A DNA stretch of 64,000 bases from Prevotella sp. GTDB lineage: Bacteria > Bacteroidota > Bacteroidia > Bacteroidales > Bacteroidaceae. The notes under the pieces are model-generated. The model ran no database searches. It had not been told where the DNA came from and was given only the letters and a program-made list of their open reading frames with translations. Where the stretch lies: the NCBI GenBank assembly GCA_016281055.1, contig JAEEHW010000085.1, positions 15,203 to 79,202 of the forward strand. Reading direction: 5' to 3'. The translations under genes and the position numbers were made by a program. Below, piece by piece: positions 1 through 9,112 of the stretch (within the stretch, counting starts at the first letter, position 1; each line of letters begins with the position of its first letter).

Positions 1-1261
1 CTATCTCGCCCATGAGCTTGTCGTAGCTCTCCTCGCGCACAGAACCGCCCATGATCTCGCCAATCTGTGGGAACAACACGTCGGTACCCTGCATGGTAGG
101 ACCTGGTGCCACGCAACCCTTGTAGCCTTTAGAGCCTCCCTCGGCTGTTGCCTCGTTCTGCTTCATGTAGAACGACTTGATGGCTGTTGGATAGTCGGTC
201 ATGATGACAGGCTTCTTGAAGTGCTCCTCAACGAGGTAGCGCTCGTGCTCAGAAGCGAGGTCATCGCCCCAATCGCATGGGAACTCAAACTTCTTGCCGT
301 TCTTGATAGCCTCCTGCAGTATCTTGATACCCTCAGTGTAAGGCAAACGTACGAAGTTCTCCTTCAATACGCCTTCGAGACGCTCCAGCAAGCCTTTGTC
401 AATCATCTTGTTGAGGAACTCAAGGTCGTCCTTGCAGTTGGTCAGCGCCCAACGTACGCAATATTTGATGAAGTCCTCTTCAAGGTCCATCAGCTCTTCC
501 TGATCCATGAAGGCGATTTCCGGCTCAATCATCCAGAACTCAGCCAGGTGGCGTGGAGTGTTGGAGTTTTCAGCGCGGAATGTAGGGCCGAAGGTGTATA
601 TTGCACCCAGTGCCGTGGCACCGAGCTCGCCCTCCAACTGTCCGCTGACCGTCAGCGATGTCTGCTGTCCGAAAAAGTCGTCGCTGTAGTCTATCTTGCC
701 CTCATCGTCCTTCTTCAGGTTGTAGAGGTTCTTTGTGGTCACCTGGAACATGTTTCCGGCACCCTCGCAGTCGCTGGCTGTGATGAGCGGAGTATGGAAA
801 TAGAAATATCCGTGCTCGTGGAAATAGGTATGGATGGCCATCGCCATGTTGTGGCGTATGCGCATCACGGCACCGAAGGTGTTGGTGCGCAGACGCATGT
901 GGGCATGCTGGCGCATGTATTCAAACGACTGTCCCTTCTTCTGCATTGGATAGTCGGCACCGCATGTGCCATACACCTCTATTGTCTCAGCCTGTATCTC
1001 GCAGGTCTGGCCGGCACCCTGACTCTCCACCAGTATGCCCGTGGCATGTATGCACGAACCGGTGGTGATCTGCTTCAGCATTTCAGCGTCGAACTTTGTC
1101 GGGTCAACGACAATCTGTATGTTCTTTATTGTGGAGCCGTCGTTCAGCGCGATGAAGTCCACCGCCTTGCTTGAACGGTGCGTGCGCACCCAGCCCTTCA
1201 CGTCTATCGCCTCGCCAAATACGGTCTTGGCCAAGGCATCAACTATCTTTGTACGTTTCAT
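1..1261 (-). CDS. asnS: asparagine--tRNA ligase (partial; C-terminal end lies beyond the left window edge)
   Basis: Absent from the ORF track because it is open at the window edge. My minus-strand translation from ATG 1261-1259 reads [82 protein letters not shown]... In the same frame near nt 94 it reads [31 protein letters not shown], the class II aaRS motif-3 region as in AsnRS. The + ORF 221..1174 is its antisense shadow. Confidence 0.85.
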   Translation of the reverse strand, partial: MKRTKIVDALAKTVFGEAIDVKGWVRTHRSSKAVDFIALNDGSTIKNIQIVVDPTKFDAEMLKQITTGSCIHATGILVESQGAGQTCEIQAETIEVYGTCGADYPMQKKGQSFEYMRQHAHMRLRTNTFGAVMRIRHNMAMAIHTYFHEHGYFYFHTPLITASDCEGAGNMFQVTTKNLYNLKKDDEGKIDYSDDFFGQQTSLTVSGQLEGELGATALGAIYTFGPTFRAENSNTPRHLAEFWMIEPEIAFMDQEELMDLEEDFIKYCVRWALTNCKDDLEFLNKMIDKGLLERLEGVLKENFVRLPYTEGIKILQEAIKNGKKFEFPCDWGDDLASEHERYLVEEHFKKPVIMTDYPTAIKSFYMKQNEATAEGGSKGYKGCVAPGPTMQGTDVLFPQIGEIMGGSVREESYDKLMGEI

Positions 1262-1289
1262 TATCTTTATTCTTCATTCTTCATTATAA

Positions 1290-2672
1290 TCATTCAAAAG
1301 CTCCCATGCGCAGCATATCGACTTCCTTCTCAGTGAGGAAACGCCAGTCGCCACGCTTCAGGTTCTTCTTCGTCAGTCCGGCAAACTGTACGCGGTCGAG
1401 CTTGGTTACACGGTATCCCAGACTCTCGAATATGCGGCGAACGATACGGTTGCGGCCAGAGTGAATCTCTATGCCCACCTGCTTCTTGTCAGTCTGGTGT
1501 GCATACTCGATGGCATCTGCGTGTATCTCGCCGTCATCAAGCTGTATGCCCTCTGCAATCTGGCGCATGTCGGCAGCAGTGATGTTCTTGTCGAGGAATA
1601 CGTGATAAACCTTTTTCTTAAGGAACTTAGGATGTGTGAGCTTAGAAGCGAGGTCGCCATCGTTGGTCAGGAGCAATACACCTGTGGTGTTGCGGTCAAG
1701 ACGGCCAACGGGGTAGATGCGCTCCGGACAAGCACCCTTCACAAGATCCATGACGGTCTTGCGCTGCTGTGGGTCGTCACTCGTGGTAACATAGTCCTTC
1801 GGCTTGTTGAGCAATACGTAAACCTTCTTCTCCAGTGTCACCGGCTGGTCATGGAACTTCACCTCGTCGGTACGCATAATCTTTGTGCCGAGTTCGGTAA
1901 CTACCTGTCCGTTTACGGTTACTACGCCTGCCTCTATGAAGTCGTCAGCCTCACGACGGCTGCATACACCGGCGTTGGCGAGGAACTTGTTCAGACGTAC
2001 TGGCTGTGTAGGGTCTATATGATTCTCGTTGTATTCTATACGTTTCTTCATGGAGTACTTGGCCTGCGGATCATAGCCTGGCGTACGCTGACGCTGCTGT
2101 TTGCCATAACCGCCACGCTGGTTGCCGTAGCCTCCGCCGCGCTGCTGTCCGTAGCCACCGCGCTGTCCGTAGCCACCGCGCTGACCATAGCCACCACGCT
2201 GACCATAACCGCCACCGCGCTGCTGTCCGTAACCTCCGCGTGGCAGGAATCCGCCTTCGCGCTGTTCATTACCTTCTTCTCCATCATACTGACGATAAGG
2301 GCGCTGCTGATAACCACCTTGCTGTCCGTAGCCACTGCGCTGCTGTCCATAGCCGCCACGCTGACCATAACCGCCACCGCGCTGCTGATAGCCTCCACGT
2401 GGCTGATAACCGCCCTCGCCGCCATTCAGGGCTGCTCCAAAACCTTCGGGACGGAATCCGCCTTCGTTGTTGTAGTTCTGACGAGTGCTGTAAGCAGGAC
2501 GATCGCCATACGGACGGTCTCCGTATGCCGGGCGCTGCGAAGAGATACGCATACGCTGACGCGGCTGACGTGGTTGCTGTCCGCCTGTCTCTTGATTGTT
2601 GTTCTGTCCCTCACGGGGTGCTTCGTTGTTCATTGCAGTTCCTGCCTGCATTTCTTCTTTTCCAGTTTCCAT
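1290..2672 (-). CDS. rluB: RluB-like 23S rRNA pseudouridine synthase with a ~225-aa N-terminal R/G/Q/Y low-complexity extension
   Basis: ORF track, 460 aa. The C-terminal half has an S4 domain (RLNKFLANAGVCSRREADDFIEAGVVTVNG) and an RsuA/RluB-family core (VYVLLNKPKDYVTT, RIYPVGRLDRNTTGVLLLTNDGDL, HSGRNRIVRRIFE). Only 28 nt separate its stop from the asnS start, so the two are probably co-transcribed. Confidence 0.8.
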   Translation of the reverse strand: METGKEEMQAGTAMNNEAPREGQNNNQETGGQQPRQPRQRMRISSQRPAYGDRPYGDRPAYSTRQNYNNEGGFRPEGFGAALNGGEGGYQPRGGYQQRGGGYGQRGGYGQQRSGYGQQGGYQQRPYRQYDGEEGNEQREGGFLPRGGYGQQRGGGYGQRGGYGQRGGYGQRGGYGQQRGGGYGNQRGGYGKQQRQRTPGYDPQAKYSMKKRIEYNENHIDPTQPVRLNKFLANAGVCSRREADDFIEAGVVTVNGQVVTELGTKIMRTDEVKFHDQPVTLEKKVYVLLNKPKDYVTTSDDPQQRKTVMDLVKGACPERIYPVGRLDRNTTGVLLLTNDGDLASKLTHPKFLKKKVYHVFLDKNITAADMRQIAEGIQLDDGEIHADAIEYAHQTDKKQVGIEIHSGRNRIVRRIFESLGYRVTKLDRVQFAGLTKKNLKRGDWRFLTEKEVDMLRMGAFE

Positions 2673-2740
2673 TGTTGTAGATAATGTTTTGTGTTTTTTG
2701 AGGAAAAATTGTGTTTATATAAATAATGTGTAAATTTATC

Positions 2741-2768
2741 CCGGCCTCCCGGCCGGTATTCTTTTTTT
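2741..2768. terminator. GC hairpin (CCGGCC-tccc-GGCCGG) followed by a T-run; possible bidirectional terminator between purB and rluB
   Basis: Read directly: ccggcc tccc ggccgg tattcttttttt. There is no + strand gene upstream. On the minus strand it lies downstream of purB. Confidence 0.35.
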
Positions 2769-2912
2769 GTCTTTCTTCTTCTTTAATGTCCTTTTGTCTG
2801 TTTGTCTTATGATAGGATTTTTTAGAACTTGCCTTTATGTTTTCCTGTCCGTATTATACGGTTAGTTGAATACTGTTCCAGCATCATCTGTTTCATGTAG
2901 GCTGTCTAATTA

Positions 2913-3010
2913 TGCATTATACATTGTGCATTATGAATTAAGCATTGTGCATTAAGCATTGTGCATTATGCATTGTGCATTGTGCATTGTGCATTGTGCA
3001 TTGTGCATTA
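2913..3010. repeat. heptanucleotide satellite, 14 tandem units (consensus TGCATTR)
   Basis: tgcatta tacattg tgcatta tgaatta agcattg tgcatta agcattg tgcatta, then (tgcattg)x5, then tgcatta. It abuts the purB stop codon (3012-3014). A second, longer array of the same unit is at 49361-49514. Confidence 0.9.
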
Positions 3011-3011
3011 C

Positions 3012-4379
3012 TTAAATGCCAGTATAGTTGCTTGGCGTGATGTTCATCAGTTCTGCCTTCACTGCATCGCTGACCTCAAGACCCTGTATGAACTCGTGTA
3101 TGGTCTCCTCGTCCATGTGCTTGTTGGTGCGTGTCAGAGCCTTCAGCGCCTCGTATGGGTGAGGATATGCCTCACGGCGCAGAATGGTCTGGATAGCCTC
3201 TGCCACCACTGCCCATGTGTTGTCAAGGTCTTTCTGCAGGGCATCCTGGTTGAGGATGAGCTTGCGCAGTCCCTTCAGCGTGCTCTGTATTGCAATGACA
3301 CCATGACCGAGAGGCACACCGATGTTGCGCAGTACGGTAGAGTCGGTAAGGTCGCGCTGCAGACGGCTTACCGGCAGCTTCTGTGCAAGGAACTGCAGTA
3401 TGGCGTTTGCAATGCCGAGGTTGCCCTCCGAATTCTCGAAGTCTATAGGATTTACCTTGTGTGGCATGGCACTTGAACCAACCTCGCCGGCTTTGATCTT
3501 CTGCTTGAAGTATTCCATGGAGATATACATCCAGAAGTCGCGGTCAAGGTCAATGATTATCGTGTTGATACGGCGCACGGCATCGAAGATGGCTCCGAGG
3601 TGGTCGTAGTTTGATATCTGTGTGGTGTACTGCTCACGCTGCAGACCCAGTTTCTTACTTACGAACTTGTTGCCGAACTCACGCCAGTCATATTCCGGGT
3701 ATGCCACATGGTGAGCGTTGAAGTTACCTGTGGCACCACCGAACTTAGCTGTGTATTTGCAAGCCTTCAGTGCATCGAGTTGCTCCTGCAGACGGTAAAC
3801 GAACACCATCACCTCCTTGCCCAGACGGGTAGGGGATGCTGGCTGGCCGTGTGTCTTGGCGAGCATTGGCACGTCCTTCCATTCCTCTGCATACTCTTTC
3901 AGTTGTCCGATGAGTTCCTCAACCTGTGGTACATATACCTCAGCCAAAGCCTCCTTCACTGAGAGAGGAACGCTGGTGTTGTTGATATCCTGCGATGTCA
4001 GGCCGAAATGTATGAACTCGCGGCTCTGCTCGAAATAGCCCTCGCCCAGTCCGCCTTTCTCCATTTCGTCAAGTTTCTCCTTGATGAAGTACTCCACAGC
4101 CTTCACGTCGTGGTTGGTTACCTTCTCAATGTCCTTCACGCGCTGCGCATCCTGCTCTGTAAAGTTCTCGTAGATGGCACGCAGTTTCGGGAACAGCGAC
4201 TTGTCGAAATCCTTCAACTGCGGCAGGGGCAGTTCACAGAGAGTGATGAAATACTCAATCTCAACGCGCACACGATAGCGTATCAGTGCGTATTCTGAAA
4301 AATATTCAGCCAGAGAGGCTGTTTTTCCACGGTAACGTCCATCAATGGGCGAAATGGCAGTAAGTAAGTCCAGATTCAT
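3012..4379 (-). CDS. purB: adenylosuccinate lyase
   Basis: ORF track, 455 aa. The N-terminus MNLDLLTAISPIDGRYRGKT..LAEYFSEYALIRYRVRVEIEYF and SSAMPHKVNPIDFENSEGN are the fumarate-lyase/PurB signatures. Confidence 0.9.
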   Translation of the reverse strand: MNLDLLTAISPIDGRYRGKTASLAEYFSEYALIRYRVRVEIEYFITLCELPLPQLKDFDKSLFPKLRAIYENFTEQDAQRVKDIEKVTNHDVKAVEYFIKEKLDEMEKGGLGEGYFEQSREFIHFGLTSQDINNTSVPLSVKEALAEVYVPQVEELIGQLKEYAEEWKDVPMLAKTHGQPASPTRLGKEVMVFVYRLQEQLDALKACKYTAKFGGATGNFNAHHVAYPEYDWREFGNKFVSKKLGLQREQYTTQISNYDHLGAIFDAVRRINTIIIDLDRDFWMYISMEYFKQKIKAGEVGSSAMPHKVNPIDFENSEGNLGIANAILQFLAQKLPVSRLQRDLTDSTVLRNIGVPLGHGVIAIQSTLKGLRKLILNQDALQKDLDNTWAVVAEAIQTILRREAYPHPYEALKALTRTNKHMDEETIHEFIQGLEVSDAVKAELMNITPSNYTGI

Positions 4380-4410
4380 TGTTTTTTATGGTGTTTTTTT
4401 ATTTTCGATG

Positions 4411-4418
4411 CAAAGTTA
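4411..4418 (-). promoter_or_regulatory. Bacteroidota -7 box TAACTTTG (minus strand) for purB
   Basis: The + strand reads caaagtta; the reverse complement is TAACTTTG. It lies 32 nt upstream of the purB ATG. Confidence 0.45.
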
Positions 4419-4516
4419 CTAATAATATTTTAAATAAGTAGCAAACTTTTTTGCATTTGACTGTTAAAATATTTTAATTTTTTTCAATAAAACTTGCGGT
4501 GTTAAAAAAATAATTG

Positions 4517-4524
4517 TAACTTTG
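4517..4524 (+). promoter_or_regulatory. Bacteroidota -7 box TAACTTTG for the OmpA-family gene
   Basis: The motif is read at 4517-4524, 55 nt upstream of ATG 4579. Confidence 0.45.
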
Positions 4525-4578
4525 CCGTTGAATGCAGAATCAGAGAAAAAAAGAACATTAATTAATAGCTAAACAACA

Positions 4579-5667
4579 ATGAGAATTACTACTTTTGCAA
4601 AAGGTACTCTCGCTCTTGCGCTCGCTCTTGCTGCAACCACAAAGGCTAATGCTCAGCTCGCAATCGAGAATCCTAAAATCTTGGACAATACTTACGTTAC
4701 GGTTAACGTAGGTGCTGCTACTCCTGTAAAGGATATGTTCAGCGACATGTTCCCAGTTAACCCTATTGCTGGTATCGCAGTGGGTAAGTGGTTTACTCCA
4801 ATATTGGCTTTAGAGGGTGAGGCTTCCGCATGGTTCGGCTCTCATTCTTACGGCACTCCATTCTTCGGCCGTAATAAATATACGGGCGGAACGAATGTTG
4901 TTCGTGGCCTCTTCGGTGGAGTAAACGGTATTGTGAATCTCTCTAACCTAATCGGTGGTTTCACAGGCTCTCCTCGCTTCTTCGAAGTCAACATGGTGGC
5001 TGGTATCGGTTGGTTCCACGGATTCCGTCCTGGAATGGGTGACCGTTACAACAACTACTGGGCTGGAAAGACAGGTTTCGACTTGGCTTTCAACATTGAC
5101 AAGAAGTATCGTCATACTCTCAGCCTTCGTCCACAGATGCTGTGGAACTTCACCAGCCCTGGTGCAGGTAAGGGAGCAGGTGCATTCAACTTGGGTGGTG
5201 CTCAGCTCTATCTCGGAGCGGCATACACATACCACTTCAAGTGCTCTAACGGAACTCACTACTTCAAGACATACAACATTGGTGACTTCAATAACACTAT
5301 CGACTCTCTGCGCGACGAACTCGCAAAGAAGCCAAAGGAGGTTATCAAGGAGGTTGTGAAGACTGTTGAGGTTCCTGCTAAGACTAAGACTGTAGTTGCT
5401 GGCGATTCTTATGTATTCTTCGCTCAGAACTCTGCAGAGCTCACATCTGATGCTAAGTTGCTTCTTGACAACGTAGAGGGAACTGTTGAGGTTATCGGTA
5501 TGGCTTCTCCAGAGGGAACAGCAGAGTACAACCAGTCTCTCTCTGAGCGTCGTGCTAAGGCTGTTGCCGACTATCTCACTTCTAAGGGCGTAACAGTTAG
5601 CTCTTGCAAGGGAAGCGGCGTTAAGGGCCTGACATCTGCTCGCGTAGCTATCGTTAGAGCTAAGTAA
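4579..5667 (+). CDS. OmpA-family outer-membrane protein (N-terminal barrel-like region plus C-terminal OmpA-like peptidoglycan-binding domain)
   Basis: Signal peptide MRITTFAKGTLALALALAATTKANAQ. The C-terminus reads VFFAQNSAELTSDAKLLLDNV...IGMASPEGTAEYNQSLSERRAKAVADYLTSKGV, an OmpA_C-type motif. Confidence 0.75.
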   Translation: MRITTFAKGTLALALALAATTKANAQLAIENPKILDNTYVTVNVGAATPVKDMFSDMFPVNPIAGIAVGKWFTPILALEGEASAWFGSHSYGTPFFGRNKYTGGTNVVRGLFGGVNGIVNLSNLIGGFTGSPRFFEVNMVAGIGWFHGFRPGMGDRYNNYWAGKTGFDLAFNIDKKYRHTLSLRPQMLWNFTSPGAGKGAGAFNLGGAQLYLGAAYTYHFKCSNGTHYFKTYNIGDFNNTIDSLRDELAKKPKEVIKEVVKTVEVPAKTKTVVAGDSYVFFAQNSAELTSDAKLLLDNVEGTVEVIGMASPEGTAEYNQSLSERRAKAVADYLTSKGVTVSSCKGSGVKGLTSARVAIVRAK

Positions 5668-5696
5668 GACTCGATTCACTGGAATGTAAAATACAG

Positions 5697-5746
5697 AGAG
5701 GCAGAGATACTGTGAAAATGGTATCTCTGCCTCTTCTGCTTTTTTC
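5697..5746 (+). terminator. rho-independent terminator of the OmpA-family gene
   Basis: Perfect 14-bp stem agaggcagagatac / gtatctctgcctct with a 10-nt loop, followed by tctgctttttt. Confidence 0.8.
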
Positions 5747-5815
5747 TGTTATACTGATAAATAGGGAAAAGTAAAAAAAATGGGTTATGTATTTTGTTAT
5801 TCAAAAAATTCTGAG

Positions 5816-5823
5816 TAACTTTG
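5816..5823 (+). promoter_or_regulatory. Bacteroidota -7 box TAACTTTG immediately upstream of ribD
   Basis: The motif ends 9 nt before ATG 5833. This implies a very short or nearly leaderless mRNA and leaves no room for a riboswitch. Confidence 0.45.
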
Positions 5824-5832
5824 CACTTTAAA

Positions 5833-7026
5833 ATGATTACTGACGACGACATATTTCTAATGGAACAGGCCATGCGCCTCGCACAGCAGGGCGAGGGCAA
5901 GGTTAACCCCAATCCCCTTGTCGGTGCACTTGTAGTGCGCGATGACGAGGTTATTGCACGAGGCTTCCATCATCGTTTTGGAGATTTGCATGCTGAGCGT
6001 GATGCTTTCCGCTATGCAGATGAGAATAATGTGGATTGCACCGGGGCCACGATGTATGTCACTCTGGAGCCTTGTTGCCATCATGGTCATCAGCCGCCAT
6101 GTGTGGAGGCTGTCATTGAGCGTGGCATAAAGCGCGTCGTCGTCGGATTGCTCGATCCCAATCCGTTGGTGGCAGGCAATGGCATAGATATATTGCGCAA
6201 GGCAGGCATTGAGGTAGATGTCATGGAGCAATCATCACCAGCGGGGGCTGTAAGTGGCGATACCATCGCCATCCTCGTCCGTCAGCTGAAAACCCAGAAC
6301 CGTGTGTTCCTGAAATACATCACCACCAACCTGCCGTGGCTGACTGCCAAGTGGGCGATGACCCTCGACGGCAAGATTGCCACTGCCACGGGCGACAGCA
6401 AATGGATAACAGGCGAGGATGCACGCCAGTACGTTCACCTTACGCGTCGCAACCACATGGCTATACTCTGTGGCATAGGCACGGTACTTGCCGACGACCC
6501 TATGCTCAGTGTCCGACTCACGGAGGAGACGTTGAAGAAACTTGACATACAGGAACATGAGGTGCGCCAGCCCATACGCATCATAGCCGACCGCCGCGCA
6601 CGTATCCCGCTTGAGAGCCAACTGGTGCGCACGGCACATGAATATCCTCTCGTCGTGGCATACGCCGACGGTGCCGATGAGGAAAAGCTGCAGCAGTTGC
6701 GTGAGGCAGGTGTGGCGCTGTGGAATTGTAATACCCTGCACGAGGTCGTTCAGCGTGCCGGAGCGGAGAAGATTGACTCCATACTCCTTGAGAGCGGTGG
6801 AACGCTCAGTGAGGCGTTGCTCTCAGAGGGATTGGTAGATGAGGTGATGGCATTCATAGCTCCGAAAATAATAGGAGGCAAGAGTGCCAAGACACCCGTT
6901 GAGGGTGACGGCGTAACGATGATGGCAGATGCCATACAGTTGCGCAACCGCACTGTCACCGCCTTCGGCGACGACATCCTCATTGCGGGTGAAGTCTTCA
7001 GTTCGTCTGAAGATGATAATCCGTGA
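5833..7026 (+). CDS. ribD: bifunctional diaminohydroxyphosphoribosylaminopyrimidine deaminase / 5-amino-6-(5-phosphoribosylamino)uracil reductase
   Basis: The ORF track starts at TTG 5821. I prefer the in-frame ATG 5833 (MITDDDIFLMEQAMRLAQQGEGKVNPNPLVGALVV), which aligns with canonical RibD N-termini. The deaminase zinc motifs HAERDA and PCCHHG are present, followed by a reductase half. Confidence 0.9.
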   Translation: MITDDDIFLMEQAMRLAQQGEGKVNPNPLVGALVVRDDEVIARGFHHRFGDLHAERDAFRYADENNVDCTGATMYVTLEPCCHHGHQPPCVEAVIERGIKRVVVGLLDPNPLVAGNGIDILRKAGIEVDVMEQSSPAGAVSGDTIAILVRQLKTQNRVFLKYITTNLPWLTAKWAMTLDGKIATATGDSKWITGEDARQYVHLTRRNHMAILCGIGTVLADDPMLSVRLTEETLKKLDIQEHEVRQPIRIIADRRARIPLESQLVRTAHEYPLVVAYADGADEEKLQQLREAGVALWNCNTLHEVVQRAGAEKIDSILLESGGTLSEALLSEGLVDEVMAFIAPKIIGGKSAKTPVEGDGVTMMADAIQLRNRTVTAFGDDILIAGEVFSSSEDDNP

Positions 7027-7060
7027 AATTAGTGTAATCCGTTGTAAAAAAGAGAATACA

Positions 7061-7723
7061 GTGTTCACTGGCATAATAGAGGAAATAGGAAAGGTAAAGT
7101 CCATTCGTCGCGGCACGAAGTCTGTGACGCTTGAGATAGAGGCGTCCAAGGTCTTGGACGGTACGCTGGTTGGCGACAGCATAGCCACCAACGGGGTCTG
7201 CCTTACCGTGACAAGGTTGCAGGGCAATACCGCTTCTTTCGATGTTATGCCGGAGACCGTGCGCCGCACGTCTCTCTCTGCCCTCAAGCCGGGCAGCATG
7301 GTGAACCTTGAGCGTGCGCTGACACTGCAGACACGCCTCGGCGGTCATATCGTTTCCGGACATGTTGACGGCACAGGTGTAGTCGCTCGCATGGAGAAAG
7401 ACGACAACGCCCTGTGGCTGCATATCGAGACCTCGCCGCAGATTATGCGCTATATAATAGAGAAAGGCAGTATCACGATACAGGGCGTAAGCCTTACCGT
7501 GGCAGAGGTAGCCGCCAATGGCTTTGCCGTGTCGCTTATCCCACATACGCAGAATGCCACCACGCTGCACGAGGCAAGGGTAGGTGATGTGGTAAACCTT
7601 GAAAACGACGTTATAGCAAAATACGTAGAACGGTTGATGCCGCAGGGAAGCAAAGCCCCGTCTTCGCCCCTCCCGTCGGTGGAAGAAAAGATAGACCTAT
7701 ACCGCAACTTCCTCCTGGCATAA
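7061..7723 (+). CDS. ribE: riboflavin synthase alpha subunit
   Basis: The ORF track frame is 6929..7723. The canonical N-terminus (V)FTGIIEEIGKV begins at GTG 7061, 35 nt after the ribD stop. The internal duplicated lumazine-binding halves are visible (GDSIATNGVCLTV / GSITIQGVSLTV). Confidence 0.85.
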   Translation: MFTGIIEEIGKVKSIRRGTKSVTLEIEASKVLDGTLVGDSIATNGVCLTVTRLQGNTASFDVMPETVRRTSLSALKPGSMVNLERALTLQTRLGGHIVSGHVDGTGVVARMEKDDNALWLHIETSPQIMRYIIEKGSITIQGVSLTVAEVAANGFAVSLIPHTQNATTLHEARVGDVVNLENDVIAKYVERLMPQGSKAPSSPLPSVEEKIDLYRNFLLA

Positions 7724-7741
7724 GAAGTCAGGCAAGTGCCT

Positions 7742-7821
7742 GTTAAGTATGTGGCTGTATCACAGCCACCCCTCGTTTGGCAGCAAAAATCGTTAAGTAT
7801 GTGGCTGTATCACAGCCACCC
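7742..7821. repeat. two perfect 30-bp direct repeats (period 50 bp), each with an 8-bp-stem hairpin
   Basis: gttaagtatgtggctgtatcacagccaccc occurs at 7742-7771 and again at 7792-7821. The hairpin is GTGGCTGT-atc(a)-ACAGCCAC. The pair fills the ribE-ribBA spacer. Confidence 0.9.
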
Positions 7822-7832
7822 TCACCAAGAAA

Positions 7833-9059
7833 ATGAATAAAGAACTCAATACAATCGACGAAGCCCTTGAGGCACTGCGTTCAGGACAGTGCATCCTCGT
7901 CATCGACGACCCCGACCGTGAGAACGAAGGTGACCTCATCTGTGCGGCACAGTTTGCCACTACAGAGAATGTCAACCTCATGGCATCGCTTGCGAAAGGG
8001 CTCATCTGTATGCCCATGAGCCGTGAGATATGCGAACGGCTGAACCTGCCGCAGATGGTTACGCACAACAGCGACAACCACCAGACGGCGTTCACCGTCA
8101 GCATCGACCATATCTCCACCACTACGGGCATCTCTGCCGTAGAGCGTGGCATCACCGCCCGTGCCGTGGCAGACCCGTCAGCAAAGTCCATCGACTTCCG
8201 CCGTCCCGGCCACATGTTCCCTTTGCAGGCTCGCGAGGGTGGCGTGCTGGTTCGCGCCGGTCATACCGAGGCAACCGTTGACCTCTGCCGTCTCGCCGGA
8301 CTTACCGAGGCAGGCCTCTGCTGCGAGATAATGCGTGAGGACGGTACCATGATGCGCACCACGGAGTTGTTGCAGATGGCACAGGAGCACAACCTCGTAT
8401 GCATCACCGTCAAGTCGCTGATAGAATACCGCCGTCGCACGGAGAAGCTCATTGAGCAGGTTACGTCCGCCGAACTTCCAACGAAGTACGGCACGTTCCG
8501 TTCATACGGATATATAAATAAGGTGACGGGAGAACACCATGTGGCTCTCGTCAAGGGTGATGTCACCACTCCCGAACCTGTGCTGTGCCGCGTACACTCC
8601 GAATGTCTCACCGGCGATGCCTTTGGTTCGCTGCGCTGCGACTGTGGCGAACAACTTGCCGAAGCCCTGCGCCGCATAGAGAAAGAGGGCAGGGGAGTGC
8701 TGTTGTATCTTCGTCAGGAAGGACGTGGCATCGGACTCATCAACAAGCTCCGCGCCTATAACCTGCAGGATCAGGGCATGGACACCGTAGAAGCAAACGT
8801 GGCACTCGGCTTTGCTGCCGATCTGCGCGAATACGGCACCGGCGCCAGCATCCTTGCCGACCTCGGCATCCACGAGTTGCGTCTCATGACCAACAATCCG
8901 CAAAAGATAAGCGGCATCGACGGCTTCGGCCTTAAAGTAGTAAGTCGTGAGCCGATAGAAATAGAGACAAACGAGAAGGACGAGTTCTACATGTACACCA
9001 AGTACGCCAAGATGGGACACCTCCTCCATGTCAAGAACCCGAAAGGAAAGAGTCTCTAA
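7833..9059 (+). CDS. ribBA: bifunctional 3,4-dihydroxy-2-butanone-4-phosphate synthase / GTP cyclohydrolase II
   Basis: 408 aa. [20 protein letters not shown] is the DHBP synthase motif. [21 protein letters not shown] and [21 protein letters not shown] are the GCH II motifs. Confidence 0.9.
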   Translation: MNKELNTIDEALEALRSGQCILVIDDPDRENEGDLICAAQFATTENVNLMASLAKGLICMPMSREICERLNLPQMVTHNSDNHQTAFTVSIDHISTTTGISAVERGITARAVADPSAKSIDFRRPGHMFPLQAREGGVLVRAGHTEATVDLCRLAGLTEAGLCCEIMREDGTMMRTTELLQMAQEHNLVCITVKSLIEYRRRTEKLIEQVTSAELPTKYGTFRSYGYINKVTGEHHVALVKGDVTTPEPVLCRVHSECLTGDAFGSLRCDCGEQLAEALRRIEKEGRGVLLYLRQEGRGIGLINKLRAYNLQDQGMDTVEANVALGFAADLREYGTGASILADLGIHELRLMTNNPQKISGIDGFGLKVVSREPIEIETNEKDEFYMYTKYAKMGHLLHVKNPKGKSL

Positions 9060-9095
9060 AGTCCCTAAAGTCCTTAAGGACCTTAAACTCCCTAT
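9051..9095. repeat. 9-bp tandem repeat, 5 units (consensus AGTCCYTAA), spanning the ribBA stop into the ribBA-ribH spacer
   Basis: agtctctaa agtccctaa agtccttaa ggaccttaa actccctat. Confidence 0.8.
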
Positions 9096-9112
9096 AAAAA
9101 TCCAAAGAAAAA

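Noticed and set aside
221-1174. 317-aa + strand ORF
   Set aside because: It is antisense to a clearly recognisable asnS reading frame. Its translation has no recognisable motifs and a Leu/Val/Ala-rich shadow composition.
1461-2684. 407-aa + strand ORF (also 2048..2425 - and 2240..2680 +)
   Set aside because: These are shadow ORFs of the rluB-like gene. They stay open only because the GC-rich RGG-coding repeats lack stop codons in several frames.
2961-3476. 171-aa + ORF beginning MHYALCIVHCALCIVH
   Set aside because: Its N-terminus is simply the heptad satellite translated, and the rest is antisense to purB.
4948-5679. 243-aa minus-strand ORF
   Set aside because: It is antisense to the OmpA-family gene, which has a signal peptide and an OmpA_C motif. 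The minus ORF has neither.
5668-5832. FMN riboswitch upstream of ribD (also checked 7724-7832)
   Set aside because: The region is fully accounted for by a terminator hairpin and a -7 box. I could not find the conserved FMN-element core, though only a covariance-model scan can exclude it formally.
6929-7060. N-terminal 44-codon extension of ribE given by the ORF track (overlapping ribD)
   Set aside because: The canonical riboflavin synthase N-terminus (M/V)FTGIIEEIG starts at GTG 7061. The extension overlaps the ribD 3' end and has no homology-like features.
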